A stretch of 64,000 bases of DNA, taken from Trichosphaerium sp. ATCC 40318. Taxonomy: Eukaryota; Protista; Tubulinea. Position numbers and translations under genes: made by a program. The notes under the pieces were generated by a model. It made no database searches. It worked only from the letters and a program-made list of their open reading frames with translations, and had not been told where the DNA came from. Positions 1-20,428 of this stretch are shown piece by piece; positions within the stretch are counted from its first letter, which is position 1, and every line of letters begins with the position of its first letter. The DNA lies in NCBI GenBank assembly GCA_038496445.1, contig JALMLS010000052.1, positions 79,706 to 143,705 on the forward strand, read 5' to 3'.

Positions 1-23
1 TTGTACAACCAACGTGTTTTTAG

Positions 24-2049
24 ACAGCAGTGAAAAGCAGGCAGCGTTAAATGACACTGTTGGTATGGCGCAATAAGTTAATTAAAATTACTAATTTGTC
101 ACTACAAGACACGATGGTAAAACTCGTCAAACGCATCATGGAGGCAATGTATGAGCGAGGTACATGTTGATGAACAAAAGTTGTTCGCTAAAGTTCCCAC
201 AGATAAGGCAAAAGAGCAAACGAGTGCCAAGAAACGACCTATGCCTGCCGAGTACGTAACACCAGCAAAACACAAGTATGATAGAGGTATAGATTACAAT
301 TAAGGAAATTTTATGTTAAAATGTGCCACATAGGTAACAGCAAAGAACAAGGCAAAAACAATGGCAGCAAGGGTAAATTATTGCGTAGATTCAAGTCTCC
401 TGGTAGAGGACGAAAAAACACTTCCCCTGAACCTGTACAATAGCCTTGTATTGTGAATATGCGCGCATTAATTTATTTGTTAAAGGAGCGTGTCAGACCT
501 GAAGTGATATCTAATATTGATGAGTTTCCACCTGAGATAAAGAAAAAATTAGATAGAGCTAAAATTGATCAAGAGTTGATGGATGCTAATTGGCATATAC
601 TTCTTAATTCTATAAATCTCGTTTGTAAAAAACGCTACTTGCACCCAGCCGATACAGATAAGAAAAAACACCGTAAACATCGTGGTTATGCACCAGAAGA
701 AGAATATAGACGCGTCAGTACGTTTTTTAACTGTCCTTGAGTTGTTGTTTAACGATTGCAAAGAATCATCGCTACGCGATGTTGGAAGGCCTGTAAAAAA
801 GATGTACAAGATATCCCACGAAGTTGGAAAAGGGTACAACAGAAAAAAGAGTTTCTTTTTTTTTTCATTTCTACTGACGCGCTTTTATCTGAAGTGGATT
901 TGGTGTAGTTTATGCAGCCGTTGATTCAGCGTCAAAAAAAAATAGGGTAGCAATAAAAAAGGTATAACCGAGTAATTCCATGCTCTTTTTTGTTTTATCT
1001 TATTAACTTCAAAAGGCACCACATCGTACGGAGGTAGAAAAGGAGTATAATTATTGTGAAATTGCTATTCTACAAAAATGTGATCATCCAAACATTCTCA
1101 GCTTCAAGAACGCCTTCTTGGTTAGCGAAAAGTTCGAGGTAGGGAATAAAAACCATATTAGACGTTTTTAACGATACAAACATATCCTGTAGTGTTGGAT
1201 TGTTACAGAGTTTATGGAAGGTGGTACGCTTAGCCAAGCGGCTAGAAACTATGGATTCTCTGAGAAGCATATCGCCTACACAGCAAGAGAAATGCTGAAA
1301 GGTTAGTTGATAAATTCAAAGAAAAAGTAAATTTCGTAAATGTTTTGTTCAGGTATACAGTATCTTCACCGCTCTGGTCTTGTACATCGTGATCTTAAGA
1401 GTGAGAATGTTATGATGTCAGTTAAGGGTGATATTAAACTCAGTACGTCTAGAATCATGTTTTGAAACGAAAAAGACGTTAACATAAAAATAGTCGATTT
1501 TGGATTTTGCGCGGATTTCTCAGAAGGAGAAAGACATGACACGTTGGGATCTCCTTTCTGGATACCTCCAGAGATGATAAGAAAAGAACCACATTCATAC
1601 CCTGCAGATATATGGTCTTTTGCAGTATGCATAGTAGAAATGCTTTTGAGAAGACCTCCGAATGATCACTCTGCAATTTATGCATTGTTTACAGCAGCAA
1701 CAGAAGGACTACGTAGTAGTATACCAACAAAGGTTACTTCAAACTGTAAAGACTTTCTTAGAAAGTGTCTCATCATTGAACCTTCAAAGAGAGCAACAGC
1801 AGAGCAATTACTAAAGGTACAGCCCAAAAAAAAACCAAGAAAACGATTTTTGGACAAAAGCAAAGTTTTTATTTTTTCTTGGACTTCTTGTTTTGTCACG
1901 TTTTTTTCGTTGGTGTTAATTAGTGCGTGGAACTTACTTTTCTTTAGCATCCATTTTTGACACCAAAAGGTCTCAGTGACGGATTTGCAAAGGTTGTCAA
2001 AAATATTTTTATTTCAAATGTACTTTTACAAACTGGTATAAACTTCTAA
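24..2049 (+). CDS. STE20/PAK-family Ser/Thr kinase, multi-exon, 5' end probably upstream of the window
   Basis: Spliced exons give [86 protein letters not shown]; stop TAA at 2047-2049. Confidence 0.88.
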
Positions 2050-2505
2050 GTACTCACCCTTTGACTTGCTTGCACAAAATATGTGTTTGTAATGTTTTAA
2101 TAAGAATGTGGAATTATCTTGACGTGCAAATTTTTTGTCTATTTCATCTTTGACGTGCGTATGGCTTGGTACAAATACCCAGCTGTATTTACGCTCTATG
2201 AACGAAGTTTAGCGAATCATTTTCTAAAAAGCACATGAACACATAATCACGCCATTGTAGCCTGATACTTTGTTACGATACCGCGAGTCGGAGTAGGCAA
2301 TTCGCTTCCAAAAAGGGAAAAAAACAATTTTAATTCTATTGCTTTTATTGCAGGCCACGTTAATCTATGATATCGGAGGTTTTTGAAGAGTATGCTATGG
2401 AGTTTACCATAACTGGAGCATTTTTTTACATAGCGAAAATGACGTCAATGTATGATGTCAACGTTATTTCGTAGCTACTCTACAAAAAACCCAGCAATAC
2501 TAACA

Positions 2506-4401
2506 ATGCATCGTCTCAACGTTCATATAGCAATACTGGCCTGTGTCATCGTGTTTACGTGCGGTAGTTTGCAGTATACTATACTGCCTGGGCCTTATAC
2601 TTGGAGTGACGCCGTTAGCGCGTGTATTGCAAAGTACTAGAGTGTTTTTGTTGGTTTTTGTAACGTTTACTGTTTAGCGGGCAACAAATTGCCGAAATTC
2701 ATAACGCACAAGATTTTAATGCCATGGTACCGCTTGTAACGGTGCACACTTGGCTTGGAGGAAAACAACGAGACTCTTTACCACTTTCAACTTGTCTGGC
2801 AGGGTACGACCATATATACAACGATTTACCTGGTATCAAATGATTGAATACTGCATCTTCAATTATCCAAAACGGTCTTGTTTGACTGCTCGTTTACCAG
2901 AAAATAACATTTTCTAGTGATACTGGTAGCTTGTTCGATTGTGCATGTGATAGCTGTGTAACTAGTGCCTCATTCTGCCCCGATTGCCAAAATCACCTTG
3001 ACGGATATTATTGGCTAAGTAATAGTGCTGTTTCGTTGATTTCAACAGATCTATACACTAGCAGCACGTGAGTGCCTTTCCAAAAAACAAGTAATCTAAC
3101 TTTGTTTAGAAATATTACGAGCTATCTAACGACGTACTGGACGGACAACAATCCAACTATAGTTCTTGGAGCTACGGGTACTGAGCGACAGGAGTGTTTG
3201 GAAATGCTTAGTACAACGAAAAAATTGAACGATGGAGCTTGTACAGCCATGAGAGCTGTAGCGTGCCAACCTTTACCACCAACCACTACGCCACCTACAA
3301 CAGAAACCCCAACTACTATACCTCCTACAACAGAATCTCCTACAACAGAAGCACCAACAACACTTCCACCTACCACTGTATCTCCTACTACAGCGCCTCC
3401 AACAACAACAGCACCAACAACAGGTTCTCCAACTACTATACCTCCTACACCAGGTTCTCCAACTACTATATCTCCTACAACAGAATCTCCCACAGGTTCT
3501 CCAACTACTATACCTCCCACAATAGGTTCTCCAACGACAATAGTACCTACTACAGAGGCTCCAACAATGATGCTAGCAAGCACTAATTGTAAGACTTACT
3601 ATTTTTTTCAACAAACACTTTTTTCTTTCTAATTGTTACTTCAGTCAGCTTGCGTTTCTCAAAGCCTCTATCGATCACTGAGGTTGATTCTTTTGCTAAT
3701 CTCATTGCTCCTGTATTCGGTGTCCGTGAGGAGTTTATATCAGCTAAATCAGAAGGAACTAGCTCTAAAAGGCAAGCTTCGAACACTGTTGTAGTAACAG
3801 TAACTCAAGATCCACGTACGGGAAATCAAAGGCTTACCTTAACATATGTACTAATTAACCCTTACTTTTAGTTGTTTCTGAACCTATATCAGACTTTGTA
3901 GATAATAAACTATCCGATCCAGCAACATTTGTTAGTGTTCAACTAATAGCATCAGATAACTTTGGTGCTGATGTTGAACTTGTTGGTGCATTATTACCAC
4001 AAGAAGAAGAACCACCAACACTTGGATTTCGTAATGGATATATCTTTGGTATAGCTATTTTGATAGGTACAACGCACTTACTTTTAATGGCAGTTTGTAA
4101 CATGTCAAAAAACTTTTAGCTTTAGTTGTTGATTGTTAATTGCGTGATGTTTTTCGTAGTTCTTGTCGTTGTACTTGTAGTACTTATTGTGCTGGTTGTT
4201 TTAATACAACAACGAGCTAGCGCTAATAAGATTAACAAAGCTGCGGCTGAATATAGAAGATCTGCATCTTCTAAAGTAATGAATAAGGTAAGCAACAATA
4301 CAACATCAATATTTTTGTTAATATTTGTTATTCATTAGGGTGAAAGCATTGGTGTATTTAATTCTCCAAGATCAGACACTGAACTCATAGTGGCAAATTG
4401 A
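2506..4401 (+). CDS. Type I membrane protein: signal peptide, C-type lectin-like domain, Pro/Thr mucin-like stalk, TM helix, short tail
   Basis: MHRLNVHIAILACVIVFTCG signal; YTWSDAVSAC...QIAEIHN...TWLGG...YW...ECLEM...LNDGAC...VACQ resembles a CTLD; PPTTESPTT repeats; hydrophobic LVVVLVVLIVLVVLI followed by QQR. Confidence 0.7.
3270..3570 (+). repeat. Imperfect 15/30-nt coding tandem repeat (PTTIPPTTGS-type), mucin-like stalk
   Basis: Recurrent ccaactactatacctcctacaacag / caggttctccaactactata units. Confidence 0.85.
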
Positions 4402-4741
4402 GATGACTAAGAGTTCCTTTTTCTATCTTCGTTACTTAATCAAACATGTACAATAATAAAGAGACGGAATGTAAAAATGATAAATAGACCTGAGTTACTT
4501 TGTTGGAGAATGTGACTATTTTTCCTTTGGTATTTTTTATGGCATTAGATTTAAGTTGGGTTATTCTTCTGGGCGGTTATTAATGACACAAATGGTGCAC
4601 AAGTAGAAGTGAAGAGTTTTTCAAGATACAACTTGCGAGCACTATATTGTAGCTTCAAAAAAAGGTCCGTTTCACAAATATAGATGAGATGTAAGAGATA
4701 GTGCTCGGGTGTAGTCAATATTATGTTTTTATTTTCTCAAG

Positions 4742-6207
4742 TTACAAAAGGAAACACAAGATTGCCATCAATGTCATTACGACTGCCGTTAGCTTAAACG
4801 ATCCAGATGTGGCAGTGTCATCATTTGTTGTAGATGTAACACCTGTAGTGCGAAGAGCAGGATCCCAGTTGCATGTTTCTCTAAGGTTTGAGATGCCTGT
4901 GAAAGACCAGTACAATACATTAGCGTGCTCGTCGTTATCTTGAGATTCTGAGTCATCTTCCTTTTGTACAGTGACGACAGCAACAGTGCGGTTACCACAT
5001 TCGATCTTTAACAAGGTTATAAGTACAAAGAAGGAAGAAAGCGCAAAGAAAAAACAGCATAGCCACAATTTCGTACCTCTTTCATCCATGATACACCACC
5101 TTCTTCGTCTTCGTTGTTGCTTCCACATACAGTTTCAGTCTCCTCATTGTCTTTGTGGTGATCACAATGCTTGCGTCTAGCTTTTGTTTGGTACACACCA
5201 ACCTACATTGAGTTAGTATTTAAGTGTCGGAAAAAAACACGAAAGTAGTAAAGATGTACCATAGCAACTTCGTTAGAAGTACCATTTTCCAACCAATTGT
5301 ATTCATCAATGAGACATTCTTTATCGATATTGATATCAAATTTAACATCATCTTGGTTTACAACAAATTTCTTGCTTCTACCAAAGCTTCCAGTGCCTTT
5401 TTTGAGAAGGAGTCAGGGAAGTACGCAATAAATGATGGTTTTTTCGAAAGAAAAAAGAGTGCTCACCAAAGTTAATAAAGAAGATTACTTCGAGACATCC
5501 ATCTGTTGTTTGTAAAATAACTTGTCTTGATTCATCATTAGGATTCATATCCAAAACGTTATTCCATTCCCAGTCATCTCCATTAGGAGGGTACGTGTTT
5601 ACCAAAGTGTCAACATCTGGGTCATAACCAGCATCACCTGATGGCTCGTACCTAAATAAAACGAGTCAGCAACAAAAAGAGAAAGAGGTAAACAAAAGAG
5701 CTTGACCAAAAACTGGAAGGTTTCCAGGTTTTATAGAATAGGTGGGACGTACTCTACAAGGTTTTTAATACGCAAATGAGACTTTACAAATTTTCTAGCG
5801 GACTTGAACTTTTCAAAGTGCTCAGACTTCATTCGGAGTTGGTTTTTAGATCCTTCTACGTCAATGTCGACTTCAAGCTATCATTTTTAAGGTAAGAGTC
5901 AATCTTTTTTGGCTAAGTTGTGGGTTTTGGGTCGAAACTACAAATTGTACCTCGTCTTTGCGTGGTCCTTGGTGTCCTTTGGCTTCAATAGAGACGGATG
6001 TTGCCTTTGAAAAAGCGTTAAAAGAGAGTACGTCAGAAAACCAGAACATGTGGAAAATGGCGGTCGAAGAGCAATACGTACTGTTACAGTGTAATCATAT
6101 CTCAATTTTGTGCGAGCGTGGTGCCAGCCAGGGGTGTCGTCTGTTTTATTATCACTAGCGCACACGCAAGCGATAAGTGCGATTAGAACGATAACGAAGC
6201 GTTGCAT
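4742..6207 (-). CDS. Secreted, probably GPI-anchored surface protein of unknown function
   Basis: Signal MQRFVIVLIALIACVCA; exons with DVKFDINIDKECLIDEYNW and LYWSFTG...CNWDP; ends in a Ser/Thr spacer plus hydrophobic tail TAVVMTLMAILCFLL*. Confidence 0.65.
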
Positions 6208-6760
6208 TGTTGGCTACTTGTTTACTAAAAAAGGAGTTTTCGGTAGCCGCAAAACTAAACGCAGAGTAGCAACGCCAGAATTAAGCTCCTATATGAATAC
6301 AGAGTACGAATATCGTTTTTTACTTTTGTAGTCAGCGTGGCCGCAACTTTCGGGTTGTACTTGCGTCATAGTCAAAGTTGTACAAAAAAATGTGAATATC
6401 TTTGAACAGACTCGTGGTTTGTTCAATGTGACTGGGATTACGTCTTGAGTTATGCTCTCAGGTTTTATGCACATTCTCCACGTCGGTAGAGATTCACTGC
6501 TAAGGGAGTTGTAGAGAGGGAACGGAAACATTTGCAATCTTTTTTTCGCCAATCAAACTGAAACTCATCAATTTTTTCGCGTGGCCACGTATTTTCAAGC
6601 TTCGTTCAGAATTTTTTTCTATATTTGGTTTAAAAAGCATACATCCACTTTTGCCGTTCCTTCAACTTCAACAGCTACCAGGGTGGTATTGCACTAGATG
6701 ACCACTTTTCATATGCACAGAAGTGGATTCTTCGTCATTTGTAACAAATGAGAGTATAGG

Positions 6761-6838
6761 TAGAGGTGGCAAATACCGGTCCGATACCGGTCCGGTTTCA
6801 ATATATCGGTTTTCGGTCCGTAACCGGTCCGTGATTTA
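6761..6838 (+). mobile_element. Possible isolated terminus of a hAT/MITE-like DNA transposon
   Basis: TAGAGGTGGCAAA followed by clustered (A)CCGGTCCG units in AT-rich intergenic DNA; no matching second end seen. Confidence 0.3.
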
Positions 6839-7254
6839 GAGCAAGAGCAGTATTCATTCAGTGAATAACAATGTAATTGGCTTCTTTTTGAACCACCACT
6901 CACTTTATTTTGAATAAAAGTAGCCTGAAACGCCTTAAAATTGAGAGTTCTACACATAGAGTGGTTGAAAGCCCTCAATCAGCCCGTTTTAACAAAATTA
7001 AGTTTAGCGGTAAAACAAGCTACTTTTTTTGAGTCAAAATGTGCCTGTGGTGACGTTATTTTGACATTTGGACAAAATCACGTGATGTTACATACTTTCA
7101 TACACTTTCACCCAAACATCTTTTTATCACTTTGTGCGCGTAGAGCAACTTATCAAGTGCATTGCTTACGCGAAATAATAGTATCTAAACTATTTTAGGT
7201 ATGAAAAAAAAAAAGTGTTGTTTTTTTTTTCTCTGACTATCAACAGCTTGTAGA

Positions 7255-8875
7255 ATGATTGGAATAGTTTCTATACTTCTTGGTATCATAAGCACGTTTG
7301 TTGCCATGTACTATTTTACTAGTTCATCAAACAACAGACGTAAAATGAATAAGGGTGATGCGATACTCATTACTGGATGCGAGTACGTTGATTACAGTTT
7401 TTGTTGACGATTTTGTGGTACAAAATACGCCAAAACACCTCTGAAGGTTATAAAACAAAGTACTAACAGCTCACGTGCGTAATATTACTTCATAATTCGA
7501 TCTCATAGAAATTAGGAAAGCGAAACTTGAATTAGTCGATATTCTGCCCTATTCGTGTTTTCTTCTCATGCGCTACTAGCTCTGGATTTGGAAATTTGCT
7601 TGCCAAACGTCTCGATAATATTGGATACTGCGTATTTGCTCTATGCCTTAAAAAAGAGAGTATACCTTTACTAAATAAAGAAACATCATCTTTTGTTATC
7701 CCAATTCAATGTGATATCACAAAACAGGTACACCATTTATTTTTCTGGGCTAGAGGCAATGCACTCGCTTATCGTTTTCTTCAGGACGATGTTGACTTGG
7801 CGGTATCTATTGTTACTCAAACATTAAAAGATAAAGACTGGAACTTGGTCGGATTAGTCAATAACGCAGGGATATTTTGTGGATGGAACTTGGATTTTAA
7901 TACTGTTGCTGATTATGAAAGAAATTATAAAGGTAATGTCCGATTTTTGAGTATACCTTGTTTCTATCGTTTGACAGGTTGATTCAAGTGAATGTATTCG
8001 GTCTTATTCGTGTTACAAAGGCATTTTTACGTAAGTTTAACCGCAATGCATAGTGTACATTTGCACCTAACACCAGGACATAGCATTTCTTAAAAAAACA
8101 AAGGGAAGGTTGATAAACGTGGCTAGTATGGCAAGCTTGGGTGTGACACCAGGGGTGTCATGTTACTGTTCAACTAAAGTATGGATATGATAATGAAAAC
8201 TTGCGAGTTTTTTTGTGTTGACTATTTAATAGTTTGCTGTTGATGGCTTCAGTCGCAGTTTACGTATGGAAATTAAACCATTTGGTATCAAAGTAATACT
8301 TATACGTATGGTAGTAATAAGCTATTTGCCTTTTGAACAGCAAGGTTGTTGATTGGAAATTCTTACTTTTTTCCTAGATCCCGGAAGTTTTGCTACAGAA
8401 ATGGGTCGTGTAGCACAAGGGCAATTTGAAAAACGTAAATCATTTTGAGATTTATTTTATTACTAAACTATCTAATGTGGTTGTTTAGACTTTAATGAAC
8501 ACCCTGAAATGCACGAAGAATATGGCAAGCAGTACTTGGAAGGAACAATAAAGGTAACTTCTGCAGTTAAATTTGGTGATCCAAAGGATGTCGTAGATGC
8601 GATGGTACGCCCTTCTCTTACAATCAAGTATTGATTTCATTATTAATTATAGGTAAATGCAATTACATCAGAGAATCCAAAAGCAAGGTACGTCATGAAC
8701 CTAAGACGATGGTGTACTTGACAAGTCGCTTATTTTCTCACGTGTTTTTTTTAATAGATATGTTGTTGGTTTTGATGCGATGATTATCAGGATTATTGGT
8801 ATGTTACCAGATTACTTGGGCGATAAACTTATGGAAATTCTAATTCCGTTACCTAAACCACAATGTGTTCAATAG
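7255..8875 (+). CDS. Short-chain dehydrogenase/reductase (retinol/17-beta-HSD/BDH-like) with N-terminal membrane anchor
   Basis: ILITGC(D)SGFG, GLVNNAGI, VNVFGLIRVTKAF, GRLINVAS, YCSTK (YxxxK), FGIKVILI.PG, RYVVG. Confidence 0.9.
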
Positions 8876-9077
8876 ATAGGCTCATTGAAAAGCAAATTCA
8901 AATACACTCAATAAATATTTAATGAGTGTTGTGAAGCCACTCTGATGGATTTTATTAACTCGCTAGGTGCTCATTTACTTGAATTAAGGTGAGTAGCTGT
9001 AAGCATACTTTGCTGGGCAAGTCACTCAGTATTCCTACCAAAAAAAACTGGTTTGAGTTTTACTTTTGTTTATTTAT

Positions 9078-12000
9078 TTACATTTCCATGTCCATGTCAT
9101 CTAACATATTCATGCTATCATCATAATCGTTAACTTGTTGATTTCCTTGAATCTTTTCAATGTTAAAAACTAGGTTTCCATCCACTGCATCTATATGTAC
9201 GATAGCATTTGAGTCAAGTTTTTGTGATAAAATAAGCCTTGATAACTCCGTTGTGACGTTTCTCTCAATGAATCTTTTTAGAGGTCTCGCACCATACACA
9301 GGATCATATGTTTCTTCTGTGATGTACGTATAAGCATTATCTGTAAGCTTAATCCCGACATTTCGTTCAGCAAGTCGTTTTTGAAGGGCTGTGAATTGAA
9401 GTGTGACAATTTTTCTGATATCGTCTTGTGACAATGGAGAAAAGATGACCAAGTCATCCAATCTGTTCAAAAACTCTGGTGAAAAATGAGCTTTGACTTG
9501 ACCCATGACGATTTGTTTTGTCTGTTCAGAAATAACATTGCCCTTTGCTTGTTCAAGAAGTTGATGGGCGCCAATATTTGAAGTCTAAAAAAGAAAAAAG
9601 TAAGAAAGTGATTGATTTCAACTAACAGATTCTGTTAAGATACGTACCATAATAAGCACAACATTACTAAAATCTACTGTTTTCCCTTGAGAATCAGTTA
9701 ATCTGCCATCATCCATGACTTGAAGTAAGGTATTTAAGACAAGCTTATGTGCTTTTTCAATTTCATCGAAAAGAACAACAGAGTAAGGTCTTCTTCTCAC
9801 TGCCTCCGTTAGTTGGCCACCTTGTTCGTATCCAACATATCCAGGAGGTGCACCAATAAGTCTGGCAACGGCATGTTGTTCCATGTACTCTAAGGAAACA
9901 AGTTAACAAAAAATAACGAACGCTAAGGGTGTGCGTTATAATTACGAACCTGACATATCAAGTCTTACGATTAAGTTTTCGTCATCAAACAGCTCAGCTG
10001 CAAGTGCTTTTGCAAGTTCAGTTTTACCGACACCTGTAGGTCCAAGGAATAGGAATGATGCTGTAGGCTTTCCAGGTCGTGAAAGGCCAGCTCTTGATCT
10101 CAAAACTGCCTATTTTGCAAAAAGTTAGAACAAGGACACAAAAAAAATCTATTAAAAGTCGTACCTCTGCAACTGCCTTTACTGCTTCGTTTTGACCGAT
10201 AAGACGTTCATGAAGGTGCTTACCAAGGTCTAGAATCTTTTCCCTTTCAGTTTGGCCGAGTTTAGAAACAGGAATGCCAGTCCATCGAGAAACAACTTCA
10301 GCGATATGCTCGGCTGTCACGTTTTCAGTCAACAAAAAGTCTTCCTTTCTCTGCTCGATATCTTTTGCCATCGACTCGATAGCTTTTTTTGTTTCAGGTA
10401 TAGCACCATATTCAATATCAGCTACCCTACTCATATCGCCTTGTCTCTTCGCTATAGCCAATTTTCGTTTAAGTGCGTCCAACTTTAAGCGCATGTTTGA
10501 GATGTTATCGAATACGCCCTTCTCGTGGTCATATCGCAGTTTTAGGGGTTGTAGTTTTTCGTTAACGTTTGCTAGTTCCTTCTTGGCTTCCGTAAGCCTT
10601 GTTTTAGACCCTTCATCCTTTTCTTTTTCTAGATGTTTGATTTGAACTTGAAGGTGCATTGATCGCCTCTCAAGAATATCAAGTTCTTCGGGTTGAGAAT
10701 CAAGTTGTACTCTTGCTTTTGCGCATGCCTCGTCCATTAAATCAATGGCTTTATCTGGAAGGAATCTTTGGGTAACCTACAGAAATAACATTAGTACAAG
10801 CCAAGCACGACCAAACAACCGGAAAACTATCAAGAATTATTTTTCAAACTCAAAATGTTTTTGTACAGTTTTTACGTACATATCGATCAGATAGACTAGC
10901 ACATGCTACCAATGCGGCATCTTGTATACTGACACCATGGTGTGTTTCGTATTTTTCTTTGATACCTCTAAGAATAGAGACAGTATCTTCAACAGAAGGT
11001 TCATTTACAAGGACTTGCTGAAATCTCCTTTCGAAAGCAGCATCCTTTTCCATGTACTGTCGGTACTCATCAAGTGTAGTTGCGCCAATACAGCGTAAAT
11101 CACCGCGAGCAAGCATAGGTTTAAGCAAGTTGGCAGCGTCCATAGCACCATCTGTTTTACCAGCGCCAAGAACCAAGTGAATTTCATCAATGAAAAGAAT
11201 GATTTTTCCTTTTGATTCAGATACTTCTTGTAGCACTGATTTTAGCCTTTCTTCAAATTCTCCTCTATATTTTGCTCCTGCGACAAGTGCACCCATATCA
11301 AGTGATATAACACGACAGTTCAAGTTATGAGGTACATCTCCAGAAACAATTCTTTGAGCGATACCTTCAACTATTGCACTAAATTTGCCGTTAGCTCAAA
11401 CGAATGAGAATTAACCTAAGAAAAGGTTGAGTTACGTTTTACCGACACCAGGGTCTCCAATTAGTACTGGGTTATTCTTTCTTCTTCGACTCAGAACTTG
11501 AATAACACGACGTACTTCATCATCTCTTCCGATAACAGGATCCAAGTCTGATGCTTCTGCTTGTGCTACTAGATCTCTTCCATACTTTTCAAGACATTCA
11601 TATGTGGCTTCAGCACGTTGTGTTGTTACTTTTTTCTTCCCTCTGACTTGTTTTACGGCTTCGAGAAGACGAGACTACAAAGTTTTTTTTAGAAATTTCG
11701 TTTTTTTTCATTCTTAGCATACTACGTACCTCGTTTAGGCCTCCTTGTTGGAAACAAGCATGTACCGTTTTATCTTTAGGTAATACACGCATCAAGTGAT
11801 CAAGAGAAACAAAGTGGTCTCCATTTTCGGCCTGTTTTTTTCTTGCCGCTTGAAATATTTTTGACAGATCAATAGATGGCGCTGGATGTTGTGGAGGAGG
11901 GTTTTGACGCGGAATTCTTAATATTTGTTGCTCTAAGGCTTGTTCTAAAGGCGTATTAGGCGATTAATAAAATAAACACTAATTACGTACGTATTTTCTT

Positions 12001-12177
12001 TGCGTTGGCGCCAGCTTTATCACAAATGCGCTTAGCTAAACCGTTTTCGTCATTAAACAGAGCTAGAGCAAGATGTATTGGTGTAATAACGGGATTGCCA
12101 TTTCCTATCGCTAATGTCCTTGCTTTAACTATTATTTTTTGAGTGTATTCTGTAAGTTCTTCTGGTTGTAGTGACAT
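9078..12177 (-). CDS. HSP101: Cytosolic Hsp101/Hsp104 (ClpB-family AAA+ disaggregase)
   Basis: [104 protein letters not shown]; M-domain present; acidic tail DDMDMEM. Confidence 0.95.
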
Positions 12178-12910
12178 GTTGTTTTAGTTGTTTGTTTTAA
12201 ATTTTTGGTGTCAGAAAGGTTCATGATGTGATCAAAATTCCGTTGAATTTTCGCTGAAATTCCATAGAGATTTGATGCAATTTTTGTCGACTTTCTTCCA
12301 AGTGCTACGACTAAATTTTGGTAGCCTTTACCGACATATACTTTATCGCCAGCGAAATATACTCTATCGAGGCTCAACGCCTCGAACTCATCACTCGCTG
12401 CTGACAAAACGCTAACATAAAATTGGCATCTTTTGCGATTTAGGAAACAGATTGTTTCATCGATTATTTGTTACAATGATTAGTATCAATAGACGTGTGA
12501 GAAGGCTACAACTTCTCCGTAAAACGGTCATCACTGGCCACCAATGCTATTCAAGTGTATTGTTTTTCAAAAGTGATATGTGCTTTTGGCGAACATTTCG
12601 GTGTACCGTTTATCGACATGTACGGTAGAAGTCGCTTCTGAAATCACGGTTAGTGAACAGGAACAACCGGTAACCGTTTAGTGCACAACCGGTCTGTCGC
12701 TGAAATAAAAACCGCCGGACGGTTTAGTTAGTTGAATTATAGTGTCTACTGCTTTATGAGCTACCGTCTTTTGTTGTAAATTGATAACAATGACCGGAGA
12801 ATTCAGCGGATTTCGCACGTTTTTTTTGTCCGGAAAATTATTACTTAATTCTGTTCATTGTAATCTTTGCTAAGTGTAGTGCACAACCAATAATAAACCG
12901 CCACTACAGG

Positions 12911-19550
<6,640 letters not shown>

Positions 19551-20428
19551 CTGCAATTTTTGTTTCTGTCAACTACCTTTTGTAATTACGAGTGTTGGTT
19601 TATAAATAAAAAATAATACGCTCTATTTGTAGTTCCTTTGTAATGCCCATAGTCAAAGTGTTGAGAAAACCAGTATTGACTGTTTTGTACTATGTTTCAA
19701 TGTCTATGAACGTGAAGTACACAAATACTTGACCACTAGTGCTGCTGATGTTAATATGCACAAAAAAGCAAGAAAAAATACATTAGTTTTTTTTTTTTGA
19801 ATTGATGTGCAATCGATTGGTCGTATGTATTAGAAAGGTTCAATCTATTGACACTGAAATAAAATCCACTACTTTAAGTATACTATAATTGCGTAAAGTT
19901 GTAACATGGTGGTGAGATATCAGTTAATAAACCGAAATAGTTTTTGAATGAAAAAATCTATCATAAGTGTGAGTAATTTATGACAGAGATAACCGTAAAA
20001 ATGGTAAGTAATTGTTATTATTTATTGAACTATGCAAAGTCAGTGTAGTGTTAACGCTATTTTTTTGTGTAGCTATTTGGGCTCGAAACACTGCTGTTAC
20101 TATATCTAATTGCAGATTTAATGAGTGCTATGATTATAGTATACATCTAATCGAAGGCAATATGGTACACTAGTTTTTGACATTAAAAACTGATACTATC
20201 TCTTGTTCTGTTGTCAGCAACAAAAAATACTGTGCTACTATAGTGCTAATTCAAGAGGAGATGCACCGTCACCTGGTTCTATCATTTTGTTTTCAAAATG
20301 GAAAAAGTATTAGGCGAAAAATCGTTACAGTGGTTGAATGGCAAATAAACTATTTATAAGCACCAAACACTCTACAGATAAAACACTTTATTTACATACT
20401 GACAAGGGCGGTATCTTTTTTTTTTGGT

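Noticed and set aside
3122-3586. Val/Gly-rich antisense ORF and Tyr/Asn-rich alternative-frame ORF
   Set aside because: Shadows of the Pro/Thr coding repeat.
12235-12270. Heat-shock element upstream of HSP101
   Set aside because: Only one correctly spaced GAAnnTTC pair (12245-12252); neighbouring units are mis-spaced.
20030-20360. Signal-peptide-like and coding-like fragments between the ABCC and RRP6-like genes
   Set aside because: Multiple stops, no recognisable domain, and no gene model could be built.
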